DNA of 64,000 bases, from positions 64,001-128,000 of the forward strand of contig JBKBRF010000010.1 of the NCBI GenBank assembly GCA_046292385.1. Reading direction: 5' to 3'. Of the stretch, positions 48,406 through 57,275 are shown piece after piece (position 1 is the first letter of the stretch; each line of letters opens with the position of its first letter). Below the pieces are notes generated by a model. It was not told the origin of the DNA, ran no database searches, and worked only from the letters and a program-made list of their open reading frames with translations. The DNA is from Armatimonadota bacterium. Its GTDB lineage: Bacteria; Armatimonadota; SYMT01. A program made the position numbers and the translations under genes.

Positions 48406-48804
48406 ATGAGCTACTCCCTGATGTTACTCGCCGACCCCGGCACCGAGCGCCCGCGGGTGCTGCGCGTGCTCTCCGGCGCTCCGGACGTGCGGCCGGACTC
48501 CGGCGTGGAGACCCGGTTCTGGCTCACCACGCCCCACGGCGAGGCCCAGATCAACATCGGGAGCAAGGATCCCGTGGAGTCGGTCCACCTGGAGCTGCCT
48601 CGCATCGAGGCGCCGCTGATCGAGGCGGCGACCCGGCGCGCGCTGGAGCTCGGCGCGCAGCTCGAGATGCGGGTGGAAGACGTGCAGTGGGGCCACGAGA
48701 TCACCGCGGAGCGCCTTCCGGAGCTCCGGAGCTACTGGGCGTCCCTCAAGCCGCCGACCCTGGAGCCCCCGACCCGGTCTCGCGCCTGGTGGAAGCCGTG
48801 GTAG
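48406..48804 (+). CDS. Hypothetical protein with C-terminal WWKPW motif
   Basis: 132 aa; MSYSLML start, ends RSRAWWKPW; coding-like codon usage. Confidence 0.7.
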   Translation: MSYSLMLLADPGTERPRVLRVLSGAPDVRPDSGVETRFWLTTPHGEAQINIGSKDPVESVHLELPRIEAPLIEAATRRALELGAQLEMRVEDVQWGHEITAERLPELRSYWASLKPPTLEPPTRSRAWWKPW

Positions 48805-48851
48805 CCCCGTTCTCCGCTCCCGATCCCTCCCGCCGACCCGAATCCTGGCTC

Positions 48852-49553
48852 ATGCAAGACGAAGGCCACCCTATCACCGACGAGGTGATCGAGCTCAGCT
48901 TCCACTTCCTGCCGCCCGCGCGCCAGGGGGAAGTCGACAGCGTGATCCGCGCCCTCCAGGCGGATCCGCAGTTCGAGTTCATGCTCACCGTGCTGGAGAT
49001 CGAGGTGAACGGCCGCCGTCTCTCGCCGGAGACTCCCCCCAGCCAGGCGCTGATGCGCAAGCTGCTGGAGGCGCTGGACGAGGAAGACGGCGAGGTGATG
49101 CTCTACGGAAGCCCTTACAACCAGCTGGGCGACCCGGCGCGCGCGGAGCTGAACGAAGAGCTGCAGCGGATCGAGTGGTGGTCGTTCGAAGTGGCGGACC
49201 GCCTCTGCCGCTTTCCGGAGCTCCGCTCACTCCGGATGTTCCTGGAGCACGGCACCGGCCGCGGCGCCGGCCGCTCCGCCCAGGAGGCCCGGGAGCTGCA
49301 CGACCGCCTGCTGCATGGGCTGGTCGGCGACTCCCAGAGCTTCGGCATCTGGGGCTGCACCAACGTGCGCGGCTTCGATCCCCCGCGCGATCCCGCCGCC
49401 GAGCCGGAGCAGTCAAGCTGCGGCCTCTGGCCCGCCGCCGACGTCTCCCCCTGGTTCCACGGCGTCTTCTGGGACGACCTGCTCTTCGTCCTGAACCCGC
49501 CGGAGAGCACCCTGGCGGTGCTCGCCATCACCTCCAACTGGAGCCGGATCTGA
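48852..49553 (+). CDS. Hypothetical protein
   Basis: Coding-like codon usage from ATG 48852; ends SPWFHGVFWDDLLFVLNP...LAVLAITS. Confidence 0.7.
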   Translation: MQDEGHPITDEVIELSFHFLPPARQGEVDSVIRALQADPQFEFMLTVLEIEVNGRRLSPETPPSQALMRKLLEALDEEDGEVMLYGSPYNQLGDPARAELNEELQRIEWWSFEVADRLCRFPELRSLRMFLEHGTGRGAGRSAQEARELHDRLLHGLVGDSQSFGIWGCTNVRGFDPPRDPAAEPEQSSCGLWPAADVSPWFHGVFWDDLLFVLNPPESTLAVLAITSNWSRI

Positions 49554-49560
49554 TCAGGGG

Positions 49561-49700
49561 CCAGGGTTTAGGGTCTAGGGTAGAGGGTGTGCTTTCCGGA
49601 TGCGGCTACTCTTCTTCGGAGCCTCACGGGATGTGAAGGCGGATTCGTCTAGCCTGAGCGACCCCAACGGGGTACCTAGACCCTAAACCCTAAACCCTGG
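49561..49700. repeat. Inverted AGGGTYT heptamer arms between convergent genes
   Basis: CCAGGGTTTAGGGTCTAGG versus CCTAGACCCTAAACCCTAAACCCTGG. Confidence 0.75.
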
Positions 49701-49712
49701 GCCGAAGGCCCA

Positions 49713-50228
49713 TCAGTCGACCCGGATCTTCTCTCGGCGGTCCCAGACGCCGCGCCACTTCTCGATCTCGGCCAGCAGCTCTGCGGATGCGCCGCCGCGG
49801 CGGGCATGCTCCTCCACGGAGACCCTGGCGGCATCCACCGCCTTGGGGCTCGCTCCCCGGCCCAGCAGGAGCGAGGCGATCTCCTTCGCATTCTTCTGCT
49901 CCGGGGCGGATACAGCGGCCATCAGAGGAGTCTGCTGGTCGGGTCCGGCGCCGTCCGGAAAGGCGCCGTTATCGACCAGCAGGCGGACCATCTCCAGGTC
50001 GCCGCGGCCGGCGGCGATAAAGAGCGGCGAGCGGCCCTGGGCGTCGAGAACGTTGGTGCTCGCGCCCCGCTGGATGAGCCGCTGCGCGCTTTCCCGATCC
50101 CCTGCTTCCACCGCCTGCAGCAGCTGCGCGCCGAGCCCCTGTCGCTCCAACCGGAGCTGCACCAACCGCGCGCCCCCAACCAGCGCGATCGCGATCAGGA
50201 TCAGCGCTACCCACCGTCCACCGTTCAA
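49713..50228 (-). CDS. Membrane-anchored ankyrin repeat protein
   Basis: N-terminal hydrophobic helix; GRSPLFIAA.RG.LEMVRLLVDNGA, TPLMAA. Confidence 0.88.
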   Translation of the reverse strand: MNGGRWVALILIAIALVGGARLVQLRLERQGLGAQLLQAVEAGDRESAQRLIQRGASTNVLDAQGRSPLFIAAGRGDLEMVRLLVDNGAFPDGAGPDQQTPLMAAVSAPEQKNAKEIASLLLGRGASPKAVDAARVSVEEHARRGGASAELLAEIEKWRGVWDRREKIRVD

Positions 50229-50437
50229 GAACGCCTCCCGGACGCGCCTACCGCGTCCTCTCTCGCAATTATGGCGCTAATCCGGCGGGCGCGGGCCGTT
50301 CCGGTAGGGGCCCGATCTCGCCAGCGTTTGACGGCGAGGCTCCCGCGGTAAATGAGGCCGGTCACAACTCCATAGCGGTATCTGGAGGACCGGACGCAGC
50401 AGGCGTTCGGTCCTCTTTGTCTAAGAAGGGAGCAGCA

Positions 50438-50947
50438 ATGGCGACGATCCGGCACTGGCTGACGGGAGAGGTCCTGGCAGAGACCCGGGGCGAGACCCTG
50501 GAAGGGGCGGACCTCTCCGGCCGTGATCTCTGCGACGCGGAGCTGGGCCGCGCCGACCTTCGCGGCGCCAACCTGCGGGAGACGCTGCTGGAACGGGCCC
50601 GCATGGTGATGGCGAACCTGAGCGGCGCTCAACTGGTAGGCGCCCGCCTCTGCGACGCGCTGATGCGCGGGGCCATTCTGGCCCGGGCCGTGCTCGACCG
50701 GGCCGACCTGAGCCGCGCACGCCTGAGCCTGGCCGACCTCTTCCGGGCGCGTCTCCGCGGGGCCCGGCTGCGAGAGAGCGTGCTCCAGGGCGCGGACCTC
50801 CGGGAAGCGGAGCTGGAAGGGGCCGACTTCCGAGGCGCGCGGCTCTTCGGAGCGAAGCTAAGCCGAGCTTCCTATGACGAGGACACGCGCTGGCCGGACG
50901 GTTTCGATCCGGAGGAGCACGGCGCCAGGAAGTCGGACGGCGACTAA
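50438..50947 (+). CDS. Pentapeptide repeat protein
   Basis: A(D/N)LxG repeats; C-terminal YDEDTRWPDGFDP. Confidence 0.92.
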   Translation: MATIRHWLTGEVLAETRGETLEGADLSGRDLCDAELGRADLRGANLRETLLERARMVMANLSGAQLVGARLCDALMRGAILARAVLDRADLSRARLSLADLFRARLRGARLRESVLQGADLREAELEGADFRGARLFGAKLSRASYDEDTRWPDGFDPEEHGARKSDGD

Positions 50948-50964
50948 CCGGGAGCGCACGCGGA

Positions 50965-51082
50965 ACAGGTTGGCAGGTTGCAGGTTGACCGGCCGGCAAG
51001 CTGGCAGGTTGCAGGTTAAGACCCGTCGGAGGTGGGGTTCGGAACCTGGAACCTGAAACCTGAAACCTGAAACCTGAAACCC
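50965..51082. repeat. GCAGGTT and GAAACCT heptamer arrays
   Basis: Six GRAACCT-type units at 51041-51082 facing GCAGGTT units at 50965-51017; similar units at ~36795-36850. Confidence 0.75.
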
Positions 51083-51101
51083 GAATCCTTCCAACTCCCG
51101 A

Positions 51102-51329
51102 TTAGGAGTCGCGGAGCCGTACGCTGCCCGGAAGCGCTCCCTGCGAGTGCACGATCGTACGGACCTCGTCCGGGGTGAGATAGCCGAGGCTGAGGCAGAT
51201 GGTGCCGAGCGGGCGGTGGGGCAGCAGCTCCCGGTCTTCCTGCCGCTGCACCGTCAGCGCGCGGTCGAGCTGGTCCTGCGTCAGGTAGCCGAGCCTCACT
51301 GCCAGCTCTCCAAACCGGTCTGCCCGCAT
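51102..51329 (-). CDS. Stand-alone MshEN-like small protein
   Basis: 75 aa; RFGELAVRLGYLTQDQLDRALTVQ and PLGTICLSLGYLTPDEV...Q; GGAG RBS. Confidence 0.75.
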   Translation of the reverse strand: MRADRFGELAVRLGYLTQDQLDRALTVQRQEDRELLPHRPLGTICLSLGYLTPDEVRTIVHSQGALPGSVRLRDS

Positions 51330-51377
51330 CCCGTCTCCCCTTCCGCTGCGCCCGTCGCACGCCGGCCCTACGCACGC

Positions 51378-51394
51378 TCCAAGCTCCGTGCCAA
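51378..51394 (-). promoter_or_regulatory. Sigma54-like promoter (one mismatch at -12)
   Basis: TTGGCACGGAGCTTGGA about 50 nt upstream of ATG 51329. Confidence 0.45.
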
Positions 51395-51518
51395 CCACGC
51401 AGGGCCACACAGGGCAAAGAAGCAGGCGCGTGGAACCTTTAGTCAGACTCCACCCAGCACTCCTGCTCGCGCCTCGCCTTCTCCGGCAGCGGCAGGCTGC
51501 TCCTCTTATTCTCTCCCG

Positions 51519-52520
51519 ATGTCGAACAAGATCGCCATTACACCCGTTGCCCTTCGCGAACCGCAGAATCCGATCGCGGTGACCCTGCGGGAGCGGGGCT
51601 TCACCGTGGCGCAGCACCCGGAAATGACGCCTCCCAGCCCGGAAGAGCAGCGGGCGCTGCTGGACGGCGCGATCGGTTTCATCGCCGGACCGGAGCCGGT
51701 CGGCCGCGAGGCGCTGGCAGCGGCGGGATCGCTGCGCGTCGTGTCCCGCTTTGGAGTGGGGTACGACAACATCGACCTCCAGGCGGCGACCGACCTCGGC
51801 ATCATCGTCACCTACGTGCCGGACGCGATGGTGGAAGCGGTGGCCGACCTCACCCTCGGGCTGCTGATCACTGCCGCGCGGCGCATCTCGGAGCTCGACG
51901 CCGCCGCCAAGCGGGGAGATTGGGTGCGGGTGATCGCGGCCGACGTCTCCGGCGCCACGCTGGGTCTGGTCGGCACCGGCCGGATCGGCCTGGCGGTGGC
52001 GCGCCGGGCGAAAGCGTTCGGGATGCGGCTCCTCGGCTGCGATCCGTATCCCAACCGCACCTTTACGGAAGAGCTGGGCGGCCGGTACGTGCCGCTGGAA
52101 GAGCTGGCCGCCGGCTCCGACTTCCTGAGCCTGCACATGCCGGCCACGTCGGAGACCCGGAACCTGATCGGCCCGGAGCTGCTCGCGCGGATGAGGCCCA
52201 CGGCGTTCCTGGTGAACGCGGCGCGCGGGTCGGTAGTCGACGAGCCCGCCCTCCTGGTGGCACTCGACGAGGGGCGGCTCGCCGGGGCCGCGCTCGACGT
52301 CTTCAGCGTGGAGCCGCCCGCGCCCGATTCCGCCGCCGCCCGGCTGATGCGCCATCCGAGGGTGGTCGCCACCCCGCACGTCGCCTCGTTTACGCCGGCT
52401 ACGGTAGCGCGGATGGGACAGTGCGCGCTCGAGAACCTGCTGACGGTGCTGGACGGCCGCCGGCCGGAGCACGTCGCCAACCCGGAGGTCTACGAGCGCG
52501 GGCTGCGGTTCGGAGCGTGA
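51519..52520 (+). CDS. D-2-hydroxyacid/phosphoglycerate dehydrogenase family protein
   Basis: GVGYDNID, GLVGTGRIG, VNAARG, ALDVF..EP, TPHVA. Confidence 0.93.
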   Translation: MSNKIAITPVALREPQNPIAVTLRERGFTVAQHPEMTPPSPEEQRALLDGAIGFIAGPEPVGREALAAAGSLRVVSRFGVGYDNIDLQAATDLGIIVTYVPDAMVEAVADLTLGLLITAARRISELDAAAKRGDWVRVIAADVSGATLGLVGTGRIGLAVARRAKAFGMRLLGCDPYPNRTFTEELGGRYVPLEELAAGSDFLSLHMPATSETRNLIGPELLARMRPTAFLVNAARGSVVDEPALLVALDEGRLAGAALDVFSVEPPAPDSAAARLMRHPRVVATPHVASFTPATVARMGQCALENLLTVLDGRRPEHVANPEVYERGLRFGA

Positions 52521-52560
52521 CGAGCAGAGACGAGACCCTGGACACGGAGGAGCGGAAAGC

Positions 52561-53010
52561 ATGTTCGGAGAGACGGCGGTGGGGCAGTTCGGGCGGGTGA
52601 TCCTGTTCACGGGGCAGCAGCGGGGCGGCCGCGACGGCGGGCCGGTCTGCCGGTTCGTGCTGGACGGCCGCTCCGGCGTGCTCCTCGACCTCGGGCGGAT
52701 CGACTGCTTCGCGGTGGAGCCGCACCACCACACGCAGACGCCGCGGATGAACGAGGAGATGGAGTACCCGGTCGAGATCCGCACCGACCTGGCGGAGATG
52801 GGAAAGCGGCTCACACTGGACGAGTGGCAGGAGTGCGCACGGCGGGCCGTCGGCTGGCTGCGGAACGACTTCACCCGGGAACTCCAGGAATCGGGCTGGG
52901 GCGCCTGGGTGATCAACGCGGTGGAGCGGGAAAAGCCGGCGCTGGCCGACGCCGCCGAGCGGTTCCTGCTGGAGAACCCGCCGACCGGACTGGCCGATGC
53001 AGAGTCGTAG
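52561..53010 (+). CDS. Hypothetical protein
   Basis: 149 aa; GGAGG RBS; RIDCF..EPHHH motif; operonic position. Confidence 0.7.
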   Translation: MFGETAVGQFGRVILFTGQQRGGRDGGPVCRFVLDGRSGVLLDLGRIDCFAVEPHHHTQTPRMNEEMEYPVEIRTDLAEMGKRLTLDEWQECARRAVGWLRNDFTRELQESGWGAWVINAVEREKPALADAAERFLLENPPTGLADAES

Positions 53011-54097
53011 CGGTTTCCGCCCCCTCGCCGCGGCGGCGCTGCTCCTGGCGGCGGGCGCGGCGCTGGCGGCGCCGGGAGTGATGCGCTCCGCCGCCGGCAC
53101 CGGGCAGCAGGGCTACTCCGGCGACGGCGGCCCCGCCGCGCAGGCGCGGCTGGACCAGCCGTTCCACTGCAGCATGGACCGCCGCGGCAACCTCTACGTC
53201 GCGGACACCTTCAACCACTGCATCCGCAAGGTGGAGGCCGACACCGGAGTCATCACGACGGTCGCCGGCACCGGTCAGAAGGGCTATTCCGGCGACGGCG
53301 GGCCGGCCACCCGCGCTACGCTGAACGAGCCGTACGGCGTGCTGCCGGACCGGGCGGGCAACCTCTTCATCGTCGACCGGCTCAACCGCGTGGTCCGGCG
53401 GGTCGACGCGCGAACCGGCATGATCAGCACCTACGCCGGCAGCGGGGAGAACGGCTACTCCGGCGATGGCGGCCCCGCCGCCCGCGCGGCGATGAAGGAG
53501 CCGAACGCCCTCGACTTCGACCCGAGCGGCAACCTCTACGTCGCCGACGTCAGCGATAACCGCATTCGCCGGGTCGACGCGAAGACCGGGATCATCACCA
53601 CCGCGGCAGGCACTGGGCGGCGGGAGTTTACCGGCGACGGCGGTCCCGCCGCCCAGGCGAGTATCCAGGGCGCCCGCGGCGTGGCATTCGCCCGCGACGG
53701 CACCATGTTCATCTGCGAGCGGGAAGGGAACCGCCTCCGCCGGGTCGATCCGAAGACCGGGGTCATCACCACGGTCGCCGGGACCGGCCGGACCGGCTAC
53801 TCCGGCGACGGCGGACCGGCGCTGCAGGCGACCTTCAACGGTCCCAAGTGGATCCACGTCGGCGCGGACGGTCACCTCTACGTGGTCGACACGGAAAACC
53901 ACTGTGTCCGGCAGATCGACACCCGCCGCTGGACCATCCGCACGGTGGCAGGCGGCCGGCGCAGCCCCGGCGGCGACGGAGGCCCCGCGCTGGAAGCCGG
54001 CATGGACCGACCCCACGGCTGCTGGGTCGACGCGAAGGGCGACCTCTACACCGGCGACACCAACAACCACCGCATCCGCGTCAATTCCGTTCGTTAA
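52997..54097 (+). CDS. Secreted NHL-repeat beta-propeller protein
   Basis: Six AGTG..GYSGDGGPA-type repeats; signal peptide. Confidence 0.92.
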   Translation: MQSRSGFRPLAAAALLLAAGAALAAPGVMRSAAGTGQQGYSGDGGPAAQARLDQPFHCSMDRRGNLYVADTFNHCIRKVEADTGVITTVAGTGQKGYSGDGGPATRATLNEPYGVLPDRAGNLFIVDRLNRVVRRVDARTGMISTYAGSGENGYSGDGGPAARAAMKEPNALDFDPSGNLYVADVSDNRIRRVDAKTGIITTAAGTGRREFTGDGGPAAQASIQGARGVAFARDGTMFICEREGNRLRRVDPKTGVITTVAGTGRTGYSGDGGPALQATFNGPKWIHVGADGHLYVVDTENHCVRQIDTRRWTIRTVAGGRRSPGGDGGPALEAGMDRPHGCWVDAKGDLYTGDTNNHRIRVNSVR

Positions 54098-54115
54098 CCC
54101 AAGGAGCACACCCCG

Positions 54116-54502
54116 ATGTCCGACACGCCCCGGTTCGCCCCCGGCACCATCTGCTGGCAGGACCTGACGGTCCCCAACGCCGAGGAAGTGCGCGACTTCT
54201 ATGCCGCCGTGGTCGGCTGGACCTGGCTCGGCGAGGACATGGGCGGCTACGAAGACTACCACATGCTGCCGCCCGGCAGCGACAAGAGCGCGGCCGGGGT
54301 CTGCCACGCCCGGGGCTGCAATGCCGACGTGCCGCCGCAGTGGCTGGTCTATATCAACGTCGCCGACATGGCGCAGAGCGTGGCGAAGGTCCGGGAGCTC
54401 GGCGGCGAGGTGGTGGTGGAGCCGCGCGGGATGGGCCCGGGCCTCTTCGCCGTGATCCGCGATCCCGCCGGGGCGATGTGCGCGCTCTACCAACCCTCGT
54501 AG
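54116..54502 (+). CDS. VOC/glyoxalase family protein
   Basis: W.DLTVPNAEEVRDFY..VVGW, PPQWLVYINV, IRDPAGA. Confidence 0.92.
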   Translation: MSDTPRFAPGTICWQDLTVPNAEEVRDFYAAVVGWTWLGEDMGGYEDYHMLPPGSDKSAAGVCHARGCNADVPPQWLVYINVADMAQSVAKVRELGGEVVVEPRGMGPGLFAVIRDPAGAMCALYQPS

Positions 54503-54614
54503 GTCCGGTACCTGCCGGACCGGCGATGGAAACATCGCGGTGCGGTCCACAGTCTGATACCTCGGCTGCGGCTCTGAAGCGGCTTCGCTTCGGATTTGAA
54601 GGAGGTGGCGCTCC

Positions 54615-56381
54615 ATGCACTCCTGGCGCCGGGTCATCTTCGTGCCGGTCTTGCTGCTCGGCGCGCTTCTTCCAGCTGCCCTGGAGAGCGCCGAGCAGCC
54701 AAAAGCTGCTGGAGAGCGCGCCCGGGCGATTGCCCGGGCCCTGGAAGCGCGGCGGCTGCCGGAAGCGCTCGCCGCCGCGGAGCGGGCGGCCCGCGAGCTT
54801 CCCGATAATCCGCAGATCCGCCTCCGCTGCGCACAGGCGCAAATCGCTCGCGCCCTTACCACGAACCTGCGGGTGCAGGTGGCGCTCCGCGATGCTCTCC
54901 TTGAGAAGCAGCTCTCCGTCACGGTGCGGTGGCTGGCGACGTTCACTCCGGACCAGTTCGAGCAGCACCGGCTCGACGCCGTCCGGTTGGAAGAGCTCGC
55001 GGCGGTCGCCCGCAGTCCGCAGGTCGAGGCGTTCCGTCAGGCCGCCCGGCGCGGCGCCGCCGAGTGCCGGCCGTCGCTGGGGGAGACGGCGGCAGCTCTG
55101 AAAGCGTCTCAGGCGGCGCTGCGAGAAGCGCGGGCACTCGGCGCGTCCGGCGCGGAGCTGGAGCTGACGGAGCTGTGGGCGTGGTTTCTGGCGCTCCTCT
55201 GGCGCGACGACCTGAGCCGGCTGGAGCAGTCGGTAAGACTCAGCGAGCCGGAGTCCGACCTGCTGCCGGACCTGGCCTCGCTCGCGAAGGTGTTTACCAC
55301 TTTCGGTGCGCTGACGCCTGACGTGGTACTGGACCGCTGCGCCGAGGTGATACGGCGTTACCCCGAGGACGCGGGCGCGCTGGCGGGCGCTGCCGATCTG
55401 GTTGGGCTGGTCTGTGTGCTGGCGGAGAAGCCGGATCCGCTGCGAAAGCACCTGATGGGGGTGCTCGAGCCGCGCTACCTTCCGAACGGAGGACGGTTCA
55501 GCCGGGAGCGCACTCCGGAGGCGCGGACGGCGGCGCGGGAGTTGTTCACGCGTACCACCACGCCGCGTGAGCCGAACCTGAACGTCGCTCCGGCCGAGGC
55601 GGTCTGGATTCTCTACCGGCGGGCGCACGAGATCGGGGCGCGGGAGAGTTCCGTCCTCCCGTACCTACCTCTCCGGCGTTACCTGCTGGAGCTCGCCTTC
55701 AATCCCGAGAGCGCGGAGGCCCTCCTCAAGGAGGCGGCGCGACTCGATCCGCGCAACGCGGCGGTTCCCCTGGAGCGGGCGCGGGCACGGATGCTCGTCA
55801 GTGATAGAGCGAGCGAGGCGTTGGCGGAGCTTCGCGCTGCGGGACGGCTGCCAAGGCTCTCGCGCTCCTACCTCACGGCCGCGCCGTCGACGCTCCGACC
55901 GTTCCTGAACCTCGACCTCCGTCTGCGGTCGCTGATCAAAAGGGCATGGCCGAGCTACGAGGGGATCTTCACCACACTCCTGGACTCCCAACTCCAGGCC
56001 GGCGATGAGAAGGTACGGATGGAGTTTAGACTGCTCCGGCTGCGTCTGGCGGAGCTGCTCTGCTCGGCCGAAGATGCCGCGGATCAGGCGCAGGGGATTG
56101 ATTACCGCGGCTCGATCCTGCGAGAGTTGATCGGGTTACAGGAGCAGTTGTCGCCGGAGCAGATCGCCCGACTGCGAGAGCAGCTCGTGCACCACGAACG
56201 GGCCGCGTCCGAGTTTCCGACGGAGCGCACGAGTGTGGTCCTGAGCTCCTCCGGCCTGGGCTTTTCGGAGTACCCGAGGATCGCCTCGGATCGTTCCGGG
56301 GCGGAAGGGATGCAGCTACTCGTGCGGGAGAACGCGTACATGATCTTCCCGAACGTCACCTACGGCCGCAGTCCCAGGTAG
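54615..56381 (+). CDS. Secreted all-helical (TPR-like) hypothetical protein
   Basis: 588-aa ORF; GGAGGT RBS; signal peptide; AARLDPRNA. Confidence 0.7.
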   Translation: MHSWRRVIFVPVLLLGALLPAALESAEQPKAAGERARAIARALEARRLPEALAAAERAARELPDNPQIRLRCAQAQIARALTTNLRVQVALRDALLEKQLSVTVRWLATFTPDQFEQHRLDAVRLEELAAVARSPQVEAFRQAARRGAAECRPSLGETAAALKASQAALREARALGASGAELELTELWAWFLALLWRDDLSRLEQSVRLSEPESDLLPDLASLAKVFTTFGALTPDVVLDRCAEVIRRYPEDAGALAGAADLVGLVCVLAEKPDPLRKHLMGVLEPRYLPNGGRFSRERTPEARTAARELFTRTTTPREPNLNVAPAEAVWILYRRAHEIGARESSVLPYLPLRRYLLELAFNPESAEALLKEAARLDPRNAAVPLERARARMLVSDRASEALAELRAAGRLPRLSRSYLTAAPSTLRPFLNLDLRLRSLIKRAWPSYEGIFTTLLDSQLQAGDEKVRMEFRLLRLRLAELLCSAEDAADQAQGIDYRGSILRELIGLQEQLSPEQIARLREQLVHHERAASEFPTERTSVVLSSSGLGFSEYPRIASDRSGAEGMQLLVRENAYMIFPNVTYGRSPR

Positions 56382-56393
56382 AGCGACCGCGGC

Positions 56394-57275
56394 CTATCCG
56401 CCGAGGGCGCCGTAGCCGACTGCTTCGACGTGGGTCGGCGCGCGGAACGCTTCCTCCCACGTGACCCCGTCCGGGGAGCGGAGGAGGCGGCCTTTCCAGG
56501 CGGCGCCGACGAACGTTCCGGCGCCGTAGGCGGCGGTGAGCGGCGGGTTCCGGTTGGGGCGCCGCTCCCACTGGACCCCGTCCGCGCTGAAGTAGCTGGC
56601 GCCGAGCCCGATGGCGGCGAACTGCTTGCCGGTCCAGAGCACGGAGTTCAGGTGCTCGCCTTCGGGACCGGTCACGCGGTGCTCCCACTGCAGCCCGTCT
56701 CGGCTTACCATGCGGAGGCCGTGCAGTCCCACGCCGACGAAGACGCCGGCGCCGAACGCGACGTCGACCAGCGTGTCGACCGCCTTCGGCTCCGGCACGT
56801 CCTGCCAGGTGAGGCCGTCCGTCGAGACGGCGCGGCGGCCGCGGTCCCCCACCGCCACGATGCGGCCGCTGCCCCAGGCGAGGCGGCGCAGGACGTTCTT
56901 GCCGGAGATCTCCTGCCGCTCGCTCCAGCTCTCGCCGTCCGGAGAATGCACCACGAACGGCTGGGACGCGCCGACGGCGCCCGGATCGCCGCCGACCCCC
57001 AGGAACCGCCCGGCGGCGTGGCAGAGGCCGAGGAGATAGAGGGCATAGCGAGCGTCCTGGAGCTGGTTCTTCCAGGTGCGGCCATCTGCCGTGACGGAGA
57101 GCAGGTTGCTTCCGCCGAAGCGTCCCGCGGCGACGCACCGTCCACCGCCGAAGCAGACCGAGAGAAAGGTCTCGCCCTCGCGGCCGCTCTGCGCGTGCTC
57201 CCACCGGATCCCGTCCCGGGAGACGATGCGGAGCCCGTCGTGGCCCGCCGCGACGAAGAGGCTCTCCCCCGCCAT
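56394..57275 (-). CDS. BNR-like repeat beta-propeller protein
   Basis: Repeated VAVG..G....S.DG..W; TGATG coupling to the DUF1552 gene. Confidence 0.82.
   Translation of the reverse strand: MAGESLFVAAGHDGLRIVSRDGIRWEHAQSGREGETFLSVCFGGGRCVAAGRFGGSNLLSVTADGRTWKNQLQDARYALYLLGLCHAAGRFLGVGGDPGAVGASQPFVVHSPDGESWSERQEISGKNVLRRLAWGSGRIVAVGDRGRRAVSTDGLTWQDVPEPKAVDTLVDVAFGAGVFVGVGLHGLRMVSRDGLQWEHRVTGPEGEHLNSVLWTGKQFAAIGLGASYFSADGVQWERRPNRNPPLTAAYGAGTFVGAAWKGRLLRSPDGVTWEEAFRAPTHVEAVGYGALGG

Noticed and set aside
49675..49700. Plant-type telomere repeat CCCTAAA
   Set aside because: Only two to three units inside a bacterial intergenic inverted repeat; one of several heptamer arrays
50438..50947. Qnr/MfpA-type gyrase protection protein
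   Set aside because: Generic pentapeptide repeats; nothing specific supports that function
51400..51460. c-di-GMP-I riboswitch (CACAGGGCAAA)
   Set aside because: Lacks the GAAA-capped stem and the following GACGCAAAGC element
53090..54000. CRISPR-like periodic repeats
   Set aside because: They are in-frame NHL protein repeats (GYSGDGGPA)
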